A DNA stretch of 64,000 nucleotides from assembly GCA_964057225.1 (NCBI GenBank), contig OZ059897.1, positions 18,538,001 to 18,602,000 of the forward strand. Reading direction: 5' to 3'. This DNA is from Auanema rhodensis. Lineage: Eukaryota > Animalia > Nematoda. Under the pieces are notes generated by a model, which ran no database searches, was not told the origin of the DNA, and worked only from the letters and a program-made list of their open reading frames with translations. Below are positions 1 to 12,300 of the stretch, in pieces (the stretch's first letter is position 1; each line of letters starts with the position of its first letter). The translations under genes and the position numbers were made by a program.

Positions 1-113
1 TGATAACACAGATCGACGCAGCTTAAAAATCCGGATCGAATGCTTTATACTACATTAAGAAACGCTTGATACAAAAATTAGTTATGATCGTTTGAAAAAT
101 GATGCATTAGTGT

Positions 114-141
114 ATGTTGAGTTTCCATGTACACTCAACAT
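114..141. repeat. Dyad symmetry 1 (in every monomer): 9-bp inverted repeat with 10-nt spacer
   Basis: ATGTTGAGT (114-122) and ACTCAACAT (133-141) are exact reverse complements. Confidence 0.9.
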
Positions 142-154
142 TGCTTCCAAAAAC

Positions 155-189
155 ATTTTGACAAAAATTTTTTCGAAAAATTTCAAAAT
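155..189. repeat. Dyad symmetry 2: palindrome TTTTTCGAAAAA with imperfect outer arms
   Basis: Perfect 12-bp palindrome at 169-180. Outer arms are ATTTTGA (155-161) and TCAAAAT (183-189). Confidence 0.85.
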
Positions 190-291
190 AATTTAGCAAA
201 AAGTAGTTGTTTTTAGATTCCATTTCTCAAGGCAAAGACGATGGACAATGTTATTCAACGAAAAAATTAATTCTTCAGGGTGAAAATCGAG

Positions 292-313
292 GATATAAGT
301 GTGAACTTATATC
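292..313. repeat. Dyad symmetry 3: 9-bp inverted repeat with 4-nt GTGA spacer
   Basis: GATATAAGT (292-300), then GTGA, then ACTTATATC (305-313). Confidence 0.9.
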
Positions 314-3300
314 AGTTGATATCTCGGTGCATTTTTAAGCTAGCGCAAATCTGATAACACAGATCGACGCAGCTTAACAATCCGGATCGAATGCTTTATA
401 CTACATTAAGAAACGCTTGATACAAAAATTAGTTATGATCGTTTGAAAAATGATGCATTAGTGTATGTTGAGTTTCCATGTACACTCAACATTGCTTCCA
501 AAAACATTTTGACAAAAATTTTTTCGAAAAATTTCAAAATAATTTAGCAAAAAGTAGATGTTTTTAGATTCCATTTCTCAAGGCAAAGACGATAGACAAT
601 GTTATTCAACGAAAAAATTAATTCTTCAGGGTGAAAATCGAGGATATAAGTGTGAACTTATATCAGTTGATATCTCGGTGCATTTTTAAGCTAGCGCAAA
701 TCTGATAACACAGATCGACGCAGCTTAAAAATCCGCATCGAATGCACTATACTACATTGAAAAACGCTTGATACAAAAATTAGTTATGATCGTTTGAAAA
801 ATGATGCATTAGTGTATGTTGAGTTTCCATGTACACTCAACATTGCTTCCAAAAACATTTTGACAAAAATTTTTTCGAAAAATTTCAAAATAATTTAGCA
901 AAAAGTAGATGTTTTTAGATTCCTTTTTTCAAGGCAAAGACGATGGACAATGTTATTCAACAAAAAAATTATTTCTTCAGGGTGAAAATCGAGGATATAA
1001 GTGTGAACTTATATCAGTTGATATCTCGGTGCATTTTTAAGCTAGCGCAAATCTGATAACACAGATCGACGCAGCTTAAAAATCCGGATCGAATGCTTTA
1101 TACTACATTAAGAAACGCTTGATACAAAAATTAGTTATGATCGTTTGAAAAATGATGCATTAGTGTATGTTGAGTTTCCATGTACACTCAACATTGCTTC
1201 CAAAAACATTTTGACAAAAATTTTTTCGAAAAATTTCAAAATAATTTAGCAAAAAGTAGTTGTTTTTAGATTCCATTTCTCAAGGCAAAGACGATAGACA
1301 ATGTTATTCAACGAAAAAATTAATTCTTCAGGGTGAAAATCGAGGATATAAGTGTGAACTTATATCAGTTGATATCTCGGTGCATTTTTAAGCTAGCGCA
1401 AATCTGATAACACAGATCGACGCAGCTTAAAAATCCGCATCGAATGCACTATACTACATTGAAAAACGCTTGATACAAAAATTAGTTATGATCGTTTGAA
1501 AAATGATGCATTAGTGTATGTTGAGTTTCCATGTACACTCAACATTGCTTCCAAAAACATTTTGACAAAATTTTTTTCGAAAAATTTCAAAATAATTTAG
1601 CAAAAAGTAGATGTTTTTAGATTCCTTTTTTCAAGGCAAAGACGATGGACAATGTTATTCAACGAAAAAATTATTTCTTCAGGGTGAAAATCGAGGATAT
1701 AAGTGTGAACTTATATCAGTTGATATCTCGGTGCATTTTTAAGCTAGCGCAAATCTGATAACACAGATCGACGCAGCTTAAAAATCCGCATCGAATGCAC
1801 TATACTACATTGAAAAACGCTTGATACAAAAATTAGTTATGATCGTTTGAAAAATGATGCATTAGTGTATGTTGAGTTTCCATGTACACTCAACATTGCT
1901 TCCAAAAACATTTTGACAAAAATTTTTTCGAAAAATTTCAAAATAATTTAGCAAAAAGTAGATGTTTTTAGATTCCTTTTTTCAAGGCAAAGACGATGGA
2001 CAATGTTATTCAACGAAAAAATTATTTCTTCAGGGTGAAAATCGAGGATATAAGTGTGAACTTATATCAGTTGATATCTCGGTGCATTTTTAAGCTAGCG
2101 CAAATCTGATAACACAGATCGACGCAGCTTAAAAATCCGGATCGAATGCTTTATACTACATTAAGAAACGCTTGATACAAAAATTAGTTATGATCGTTTG
2201 AAAAATGATGCATTAGTGTATGTTGAGTTTCCATGTACACTCAACATTGCTTCCAAAAACATTTTGACAAAAATTTTTTCGAAAAATTTCAAAATAATTT
2301 AGCAAAAAGTAGTTGTTTTTAGATTCCATTTCTCAAGGCAAAGACGATGGACAATGTTATTCAACGAAAAAATTAATTCTTCAGGGTGAAAATCGAGGAT
2401 ATAAGTGTGAACTTATATCAGTTGATATCTCGGTGCATTTTTAAGCTAGCGCAAATCTGATAACACAGATCGACGCAGCTTAAAAATCCGCATCGAATGC
2501 ACTATACTACATTAAGAAACGCTTGATACAAAAATTAGTTATGATCGTTTGAAAAATGATGCATTAGTGTATGTTGAGTTTCCATGTACACTCAACATTG
2601 CTTCCAAAAACATTTTGACAAAAATTTTTTCGAAAAATTTCAAAATAATTTAGCAAAAAGTAGATGTTTTTAGATTCCATTTTTCAAGGCAAAGACGATG
2701 GACAATGTTATTCAACGAAAAAATTAATTCTTCAGGGTGAAAATCGAGGATATAAGTGTGAACTTATATCAGTTGATATCTCGGTGCATTTTTAAGCTAG
2801 CGCAAATCTGATAACACAGATCGACGCAGCTTAAAAATCCGCATCGAATGCACTATACTACATTGAGAAACGCTTAATACATAAATTAGTTATGATCGTT
2901 TGAAAAATGATGCATTAGTGTATGTTGAGTTTCCATGTACACTCAACATTGCTTCCAAAAACATTTTGACAAAAATTTTTTCGAAAAATTTCGAAATAAT
3001 TTAGCAAAAAGTAGATGTTTTTAGATTCCATTTTTCAAGGCAAAGACGATGGACAATGTTATTCAACGAAAAAATTAATTCTTCAGGGTGAAAATCGAGG
3101 ATATAAGTGTGAACTTATATCAGTTGATATCTCGGTGCATTTTTAAGCTAGCGCAAATCTGATAACACAGATCGACGCAGCTTAAAAATCCGCATCGAAT
3201 GCACTATACTACATTAAGAAACGCTTGATACAAAAATTAGTTATGATCGTTTGAAAAATGATGCATTAGTGTATGTTGAGTTTCCATGTACACTCAACAT

Positions 3301-6300
3301 TGCTTCCAAAAACATTTTGACAAAAATTTTTTCGAAAAATTTCAAAATAATTTAGCAAAAAGTAGATGTTTTTAGATTCCATTTTTCAAGGCAAAGACGA
3401 TGGACAATGTTATTCAACGAAAAAAATAATTCTTCAGGGTGAACATCGAGGATATAAGTGTGAACTTATATCAGTTGATATCTCGGTGCATTTTTAAGCT
3501 AGCGCAAATCTGATAACACAGATCGACGCAGCTTAAAAATCCGCATCGAATGCACTATACTACATTAAGAAACGCTTGATACAAAAATTAGTTATGATCG
3601 TTTGAAAAATGATGCATTAGTGTATGTTGAGTTTCCATGTACACTCAACATTGCTTCCAAAAACATTTTGACAAAAATTTTTTCGAAAAATTTCGAAATA
3701 ATTTAGCAAAAAGTAGATGTTTTTAGATTCCATTTTTCAAGGCAAAGACGATGGACAATGTTATTCAACGAAAAAATTAATTCTTCAGGGTGAAAATCGA
3801 GGATATAAGTGTGAACTTATATCAGTTGATATCTCGGTGCATTTTTAAGCTAGCGCAAATCTGATAACACAGATCGACGCAGCTTAAAAATCCGCATCGA
3901 ATGCACTATACTACATTGAGAAACGCTTAATACATAAATTAGTTATGATCGTTTGAAAAATGATGCATTAGTGTATGTTGAGTTTCCATGTACACTCAAC
4001 ATTGCTTCCAAAAACATTTTGACAAAAATTTTTTCGAAAAATTTCGAAATAATTTAGCAAAAAGTAGATGTTTTTAGATTCCATTTTTCAAGGCAAAGAC
4101 GATGGACAATGTTATTCAACGAAAAAATTAATTCTTCAGGGTGAAAATCGAGGATATAAGTGTGAACTTATATCAGTTGATATCTCGGTGCATTTTTAAG
4201 CTAGCGCAAATCTGATAACACAGATCGACGCAGCTTAAAAATCCGCATCGAATGCACTATACTACATTAAGAAACGCTTGATACAAAAATTAGTTATGAT
4301 CGTTTGAAAAATGATGCATTAGTGTATGTTGAGTTTCCATGTACACTCAACATTGCTTCCAAAAACATTTTGACAAAAATTTTTTCGAAAAATTTCGAAA
4401 TAATTTAGCAAAAAGTAGATGTTTTTAGATTCCATTTTTCAAGGCAAAGACGATGGACAATGTTATTCAACGAAAAAATTAATTCTTCAGGGTGAAAATC
4501 GAGGATATAAGTGTGAACTTATATCAGTTGATATCTCGGTGCATTTTTAAGCTAGCGCAAATCTGATAACACAGATCGACGCAGCTTAAAAATCCGCATC
4601 GAATGCACTATACTACATTAAGAAACGCTTGATACAAAAATTAGTTATGATCGTTTGAAAAATGATGCATTAGTGTATGTTGAGTTTCCATGTACACTCA
4701 ACATTGCTTCCAAAAACATTTTGACAAAAATTTTTTCGAAAAATTTCGAAATAATTTAGCAAAAAGTAGATGTTTTTAGATTCCATTTTTCAAGGCAAAG
4801 ACGATGGACAATGTTATTCAACGAAAAAATTAATTCTTCAGGGTGAAAATCGAGGATATAAGTGTGAACTTATATCAGTTGATATCTCGGTGCATTTTAA
4901 AGCTAGCGCAAATCTGATAACACAGATCGACGCAGCTTAAAAATCCGCATCGAATGCACTATACTACATTAAGAAACGCTTGATACAAAAATTAGTTATG
5001 ATCGTTTGAAAAATGATGCATTAGTGTATGTTGAGTTTCCATGTACACTCAACATTGCTTCCAAAAACATTTTGACAAAAATTTTTTCGAAAAATTTCAA
5101 AATAATTTAGCAAAAAGTAGATGTTTTTAGATTCCATTTTTCAAGGCAAAGACGATGGACAATGTTATTCAACGAAAAAATTATTTCTTCAGGGTGAAAA
5201 TCGAGGATATAAGTGTGAACTTATATCAGTTGATATCTCGGTGCATTTTTAAGCTAGCGCAAATCTGATAACACAGATCGACGCAGCTTAACAATCCGCA
5301 TCGAATGCACTATACTACATTGAAAAACGCTTGATACAAAAATTAGTTATGATCGTTTGAAAAATGATGCATTAGTGTATGTTGAGTTTCCATGTACACT
5401 CAACATTGCTTCCAAAAACATTTTGACAAAAATTTTTTCGAAAAATTTCAAAATAATTTAGCAAAAAGTAGATGTTTTTAGATTCCATTTCTCAAGGCAA
5501 AGACGATAGACAATGTTATTCAACGAAAAAATTAATTCTTCAGGGTGAAAATCGAGGATATAAGTGTGAACTTATATCAGTTGATATCTCGGTGCATTTT
5601 TAAGCTAGCGCAAATCTGATAACACAGATCGACGCAGCTTAAAAATCCGCATCGAATGCACTATACTACATTGAAAAACGCTTGATACAAAAATTAGTTA
5701 TGATCGTTTGAAAAATGATGCATTAGTGTATGTTGAGTTTCCATGTACACTCAACATTGCTTCCAAAAACATTTTGACAAAAATTTTTTCGAAAAATTTC
5801 AAAATAATTTAGCAAAAAGTAGATGTTTTTAGATTCCTTTTTTCAAGGCAAAGACGATGGACAATGTTATTCAACAAAAAAATTATTTCTTCAGGGTGAA
5901 AATCGAGGATATAAGTGTGAACTTATATCAGTTGATATCTCGGTGCATTTTTAAGCTAGCGCAAATCTGATAACACAGATCGACGCAGCTTAAAAATCCG
6001 GATCGAATGCTTTATACTACATTAAGAAACGCTTGATACAAAAATTAGTTATGATCGTTTGAAAAATGATGCATTAGTGTATGTTGAGTTTCCATGTACA
6101 CTCAACATTGCTTCCAAAAACATTTTGACAAAAATTTTTTCGAAAAATTTCAAAATAATTTAGCAAAAAGTAGTTGTTTTTAGATTCCATTTCTCAAGGC
6201 AAAGACGATAGACAATGTTATTCAACGAAAAAATTAATTCTTCAGGGTGAAAATCGAGGATATAAGTGTGAACTTATATCAGTTGATATCTCGGTGCATT

Positions 6301-9300
6301 TTTAAGCTAGCGCAAATCTGATAACACAGATCGACGCAGCTTAAAAATCCGCATCGAATGCACTATACTACATTGAAAAACGCTTGATACAAAAATTAGT
6401 TATGATCGTTTGAAAAATGATGCATTAGTGTATGTTGAGTTTCCATGTACACTCAACATTGCTTCCAAAAACATTTTGACAAAATTTTTTTCGAAAAATT
6501 TCAAAATAATTTAGCAAAAAGTAGATGTTTTTAGATTCCTTTTTTCAAGGCAAAGACGATGGACAATGTTATTCAACGAAAAAATTATTTCTTCAGGGTG
6601 AAAATCGAGGATATAAGTGTGAACTTATATCAGTTGATATCTCGGTGCATTTTTAAGCTAGCGCAAATCTGATAACACAGATCGACGCAGCTTAAAAATC
6701 CGCATCGAATGCACTATACTACATTGAAAAACGCTTGATACAAAAATTAGTTATGATCGTTTGAAAAATGATGCATTAGTGTATGTTGAGTTTCCATGTA
6801 CACTCAACATTGCTTCCAAAAACATTTTGACAAAAATTTTTTCGAAAAATTTCAAAATAATTTAGCAAAAAGTAGATGTTTTTAGATTCCTTTTTTCAAG
6901 GCAAAGACGATGGACAATGTTATTCAACGAAAAAATTATTTCTTCAGGGTGAAAATCGAGGATATAAGTGTGAACTTATATCAGTTGATATCTCGGTGCA
7001 TTTTTAAGCTAGCGCAAATCTGATAACACAGATCGACGCAGCTTAAAAATCCGGATCGAATGCTTTATACTACATTAAGAAACGCTTGATACAAAAATTA
7101 GTTATGATCGTTTGAAAAATGATGCATTAGTGTATGTTGAGTTTCCATGTACACTCAACATTGCTTCCAAAAACATTTTGACAAAAATTTTTTCGAAAAA
7201 TTTCAAAATAATTTAGCAAAAAGTAGTTGTTTTTAGATTCCATTTCTCAAGGCAAAGACGATAGACAATGTTATTCAACGAAAAAATTAATTCTTCAGGG
7301 TGAAAATCGAGGATATAAGTGTGAACTTATATCAGTTGATATCTCGGTGCATTTTTAAGCTAGCGCAAATCTGATAACACAGATCGACGCAGCTTAAAAA
7401 TCCGCATCGAATGCACTATACTACATTGAAAAACGCTTGATACAAAAATTAGTTATGATCGTTTGAAAAATGATGCATTAGTGTATGTTGAGTTTCCATG
7501 TACACTCAACATTGCTTCCAAAAACATTTTGACAAAATATTTTTCGAAAAATTTCAAAATAATTTAGCAAAAAGTAGATGTTTTTAGATTCCTTTTTTCA
7601 AGGCAAAGACGATGGACAATGTTATTCAACGAAAAAATTATTTCTTCAGGGTGAAAATCGAGGATATAAGTGTGAACTTATATCAGTTGATATCTCGGTG
7701 CATTTTTAAGCTAGCGCAAATCTGATAACACAGATCGACGCAGCTTAAAAATCCGGATCGAATGCACTATACTACATTAAGAAACGCTTGATACAAAAAT
7801 TAGTTATGATCGTTTGAAAAATGATGCATTAGTGTATGTTGAGTTTCCATGTACACTCAACATTGCTTCCAAAAACATTTTGACAAAAATTTTTTCGAAA
7901 AATTTCAAAATAATTTAGCAAAAAGTAGATGTTTTTAGATTCCATTTTTCAAGGCAAAGACGATGGACAATGTTATTCAACGAAAAAATTAATTCTTCAG
8001 GGTGAAAATCGAGGATATAAGTGTGAACTTATATCAGTTGATATCTCGGTGCATTTTTAAGCTAGCGCAAATCTGATAACACAGATCGACGCAGCTTAAA
8101 AATCCGGATCGAATGCACTATACTACATTAAGAAACGCTTGATACAAAAATTAGTTATGATCGTTTGAAAAATGATGCATTAGTGTATGTTGAGTTTCCA
8201 TGTACACTCAACATTGCTTCCAAAAACATTTTGACAAAAATTTTTTCGAAAAATTTCAAAATAATTTAGCAAAAAGTAGATGTTTTTAGATTCCATTTTT
8301 CAAGGCAAAGACGATGGACAATGTTATTCAACGAAAAAATTAATTCTTCAGGGTGAAAATCGAGGATATAAGTGTGAACTTATATCAGTTGATATCTCGG
8401 TGCATTTTTAAGCTAGCGCAAATCTGATAACACAGATCGACGCAGCTTAAAAATCCGCATCGAATGCACTATACTACATTGAGAAACACTTGATACAAAA
8501 ATTAGTTATGATCGTTTGAAAAATGATGCATTAGTGTATGTTGAGTTTCCATGTACACTCAACATTGCTTCCAAAAACATTTTGACAAAAATTTTTTCGA
8601 AAAATTTCAAAATAATTTAGCAAAAAGTAGATGTTTTAAGATTCCATTTTTCAAGGCAAAGACGATGGACAATGTTATTCAACGGAAAAATTAATTCTTC
8701 AGGGTGAAAATCGAGGATATAAGTGTGAACTTATATCAGTTGATATCTCGGTGCATTTTTAAGCTAGCGCAAATCTGATAACACAGATCGACGCAGCTTA
8801 AAAATCCGCATCGAATGCGCTATACTACATTGAGAAACGCTTAATACAAAAATTAGTTATGATCGTTTGAAAAATGATGCATTAGTGTATGTTGAGTTTC
8901 CATGTACACTCAACATTGCTTCCAAAAATATTTTGACAAAAATTTTTTCGAAAAATTTCAAAATAATTTAGCAAAAAGTAGATGTTTTTAGATTCCATTT
9001 TTCAAGGCAAAGACGATAGACATTGTTATTCAACGAAAAAATTAATTCTTCAGGGTGAAAATCGAGGATATATGTGTGAACTTATATCAGTTGATATCTC
9101 GGTGCATTTTTAAGCTAGCGCAAATCTGATAACACAGATCGACGCAGCTTAAAAATCCGCATCGAATGCACTATACTACATTGAGAAACGCTTAATACAA
9201 AAATTAGTTATGATCGTTTGAAAAATGATGCATTAGTGTATGTTGAGTTTCCATGTACACTCAACATTGCTTCCAAAAACATTTTGACAAAAATTTTTTC

Positions 9301-12300
9301 GAAAAATTTCAAAATAATTTAGCAAAAGGTAGATGTTTTTAGATTCAATTTTTCAAGGCAAAGACGATGGACAATGTTATTCAACGAAAAAATTAATTCT
9401 TCAGGGTGAAATTCGAGGATATAAGTGTGAACTTATATCAGTTGATATCTCGGTGCATTTTTAAGCTAGCGCAAATCTGATAACACAGATCGACGCAGCT
9501 TAAAAATCCGCATCGAATGCACTATACTACATTGAGAAACGCTTAATACAAAAATTAGTTATGATCGTTTGAAAAATGATGCATTAGTGTATGTTGAGTT
9601 TCCATGTACACTCAACATTGCTTCCAAAAACATTTTGACAAAAATTTTTTCGAAAAATTTCAAAATAATTTAGCAAAAAGTAGATGTTTTTAGATTCCTT
9701 TTTTCAAGGCAAAGACGATGGACAATGTTATTCAACGAAAAAATTATTTCTTCAGGGTGAAAATCGAGGATATAAGTGTGAACTTATATCAGTTGATATC
9801 TCGGTTCATTTTTAAGCTAGCGCAAATCTGATAACACAGATCGACGCAGCTTAAAAATCCGGATCGAATGCACTATACTACATTAAGAAACGCTTGATAC
9901 AAAAATTAGTTATGATCGTTTGAAAAATGATGCATTAGTGTATGTTGAGTTTCCATGTACACTCAACATTGCTTCCAAAAACATTTTGACAAAAATTTTT
10001 TCGAAAAATTTCAAAATAATTTAGCAAAAGGTAGATGTTTTTAGATTCAATTTTTCAAGGCAAAGACGATGGACAATGTTATTCAACGAAAAAATTAATT
10101 CTTCAGGGTGAAATTCGAGGATATAAGTGTGAACTTATATCAGTTGATATCTCGGTGCATTTTTAAGCTAGCGCAAATCTGATAACACAGATCGACGCAG
10201 CTTAAAAATCCGCATCGAATGCACTATACTACATTGAGAAACGCTTAATACAAAAATTAGTTATGATCGTTTGAAAAATGATGCATTAGTGTATGTTGAG
10301 TTTCCATGTACACTCAACATTGCTTCCAAAAACATTTTGACAAAAATTTTTTCGAAAAATTTCAAAATAATTTAGCAAAAAGTAGATGTTTTTAGATTCC
10401 TTTTTTCAAGGCAAAGACGATGGACAATGTTATTCAACGAAAAAATTATTTCTTCAGGGTGAAAATCGAGGATATAAGTGTGAACTTATATCAGTTGATA
10501 TCTCGGTGCATTTTTAAGCTAGCGCAAATCTGATAACACAGATCGACGCAGCTTAAAAATCCGGATCGAATGCTTTATACTACATTAAGAAACGCTTGAT
10601 ACAAAAATTAGTTATGATCGTTTGAAAAATGATGCATTAGTGTATGTTGAGTTTCCATGTACACTCAACATTGCTTCCAAAAACATTTTGACAAAAATTT
10701 TTTCGAAAAATTTCAAAATAATTTAGCAAAAAGTAGTTGTTTTTAGATTCCATTTCTCAAGGCAAAGACGATAGACAATGTTATTCAACGAAAAAATTAA
10801 TTCTTCAGGGTGAAAATCGAGGATATAAGTGTGAACTTATATCAGTTGATATCTCGGTGCATTTTTAAGCTAGCGCAAATCTGATAACACAGATCGACGC
10901 AGCTTAAAAATCCGCATCGAATGCACTATACTACATTGAAAAACGCTTGATACAAAAATTAGTTATGATCGTTTGAAAAATGATGCATTAGTGTATGTTG
11001 AGTTTCCATGTACACTCAACATTGCTTCCAAAAACATTTTGACAAAATTTTTTTCGAAAAATTTCAAAATAATTTAGCAAAAAGTAGATGTTTTTAGATT
11101 CCTTTTTTCAAGGCAAAGACGATGGACAATGTTATTCAACGAAAAAATTATTTCTTCAGGGTGAAAATCGAGGATATAAGTGTGAACTTATATCAGTTGA
11201 TATCTCGGTGCATTTTTAAGCTAGCGCAAATCTGATAACACAGATCGACGCAGCTTAAAAATCCGGATCGAATGCACTATACTACATTAAGAAACGCTTG
11301 ATACAAAAATTAGTTATGATCGTTTGAAAAATGATGCATTAGTGTATGTTGAGTTTCCATGTACACTCAACATTGCTTCCAAAAACATTTTGACAAAAAT
11401 TTTTTCGAAAAATTTCAAAATAATTTAGCAAAAAGTAGATGTTTTTAGATTCCATTTTTCAAGGCAAAGACGATGGACAATGTTATTCAACGAAAAAATT
11501 AATTCTTCAGGGTGAAAATCGAGGATATAAGTGTGAACTTATATCAGTTGATATCTCGGTGCATTTTTAAGCTAGCGCAAATCTGATAACACAGATCGAC
11601 GCAGCTTAAAAATCCGCATCGAATGCACTATACTACATTGAGAAACACTTGATACAAAAATTAGTTATGATCGTTTGAAAAATGATGCATTAGTGTATGT
11701 TGAGTTTCCATGTACACTCAACATTGCTTCCAAAAACATTTTGACAAAAATTTTTTCGAAAAATTTCAAAATAATTTAGCAAAAAGTAGATGTTTTAAGA
11801 TTCCATTTTTCAAGGCAAAGACGATGGACAATGTTATTCAACGAAAAAATTAATTCTTCAGGGTGAAAATCGAGGATATAAGTGTGAACTTATATCAGTT
11901 GATATCTCGGTGCATTTTTAAGCTAGCGCAAATCTGATAACACAGATCGACGCAGCTTAAAAATCCGCATCGAATGCACTATACTACATTGAGAAACGCT
12001 TAATACAAAAATTAGTTATGATCGTTTGAAAAATGATGCATTAGTGTATGTTGAGTTTCCATGTACACTCAACATTGCTTCCAAAAACATTTTGACAAAA
12101 ATTTTTTCGAAAAATTTCAAAATAATTTAGCAAAAAGTAGATGTTTTTAGATTCCTTTTTTCAAGGCAAAGACGATGGACAATGTTATTCAACGAAAAAA
12201 TTATTTCTTCAGGGTGAAAATCGAGGATATAAGTGTGAACTTATATCAGTTGATATCTCGGTTCATTTTTAAGCTAGCGCAAATCTGATAACACAGATCG

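Larger units (their letters stand above)
1..351 (+). repeat. Reference monomer (arbitrary phase)
   Basis: The unit runs from TGATAACACA to GCTAGCGCAAATC and the next copy starts at 352. The consensus has 58 G + 53 C out of 351 (about 31.6% GC, hand count) and many A4-6/T4-6 tracts. Confidence 0.98.

Noticed and set aside
247-263. CENP-B box-like motif on the minus strand (TTTCGTTGAATAACATT)
   Set aside because: It matches TTCG and the central A but lacks the essential CGGG, so only 5 of 9 core bases are present.
215-290. Hammerhead ribozyme, known from some newt, schistosome and cricket satellites
   Set aside because: The minus strand has CUGAAGA (matching CUGANGA) and a later GAAA, but I could not build stem II or stems I/III with an NUH site. 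The plus-strand CTGATAA does not match the core. An Infernal/Rfam scan would be decisive.
1-351. Tandem 5S rRNA, tRNA, snRNA or SL-RNA gene unit
   Set aside because: I saw no recognisable RNA gene sequence, cloverleaf, or Pol III A/B/C boxes on either strand.
1-351. Identity with known satellites of about 350-360 bp (Drosophila 1.688/359-bp, Tribolium TCAST) or origin from a MITE or Helitron
   Set aside because: Only length and AT-richness are similar. I recognise no sequence match, terminal inverted repeats or target-site duplications. A database search is needed.
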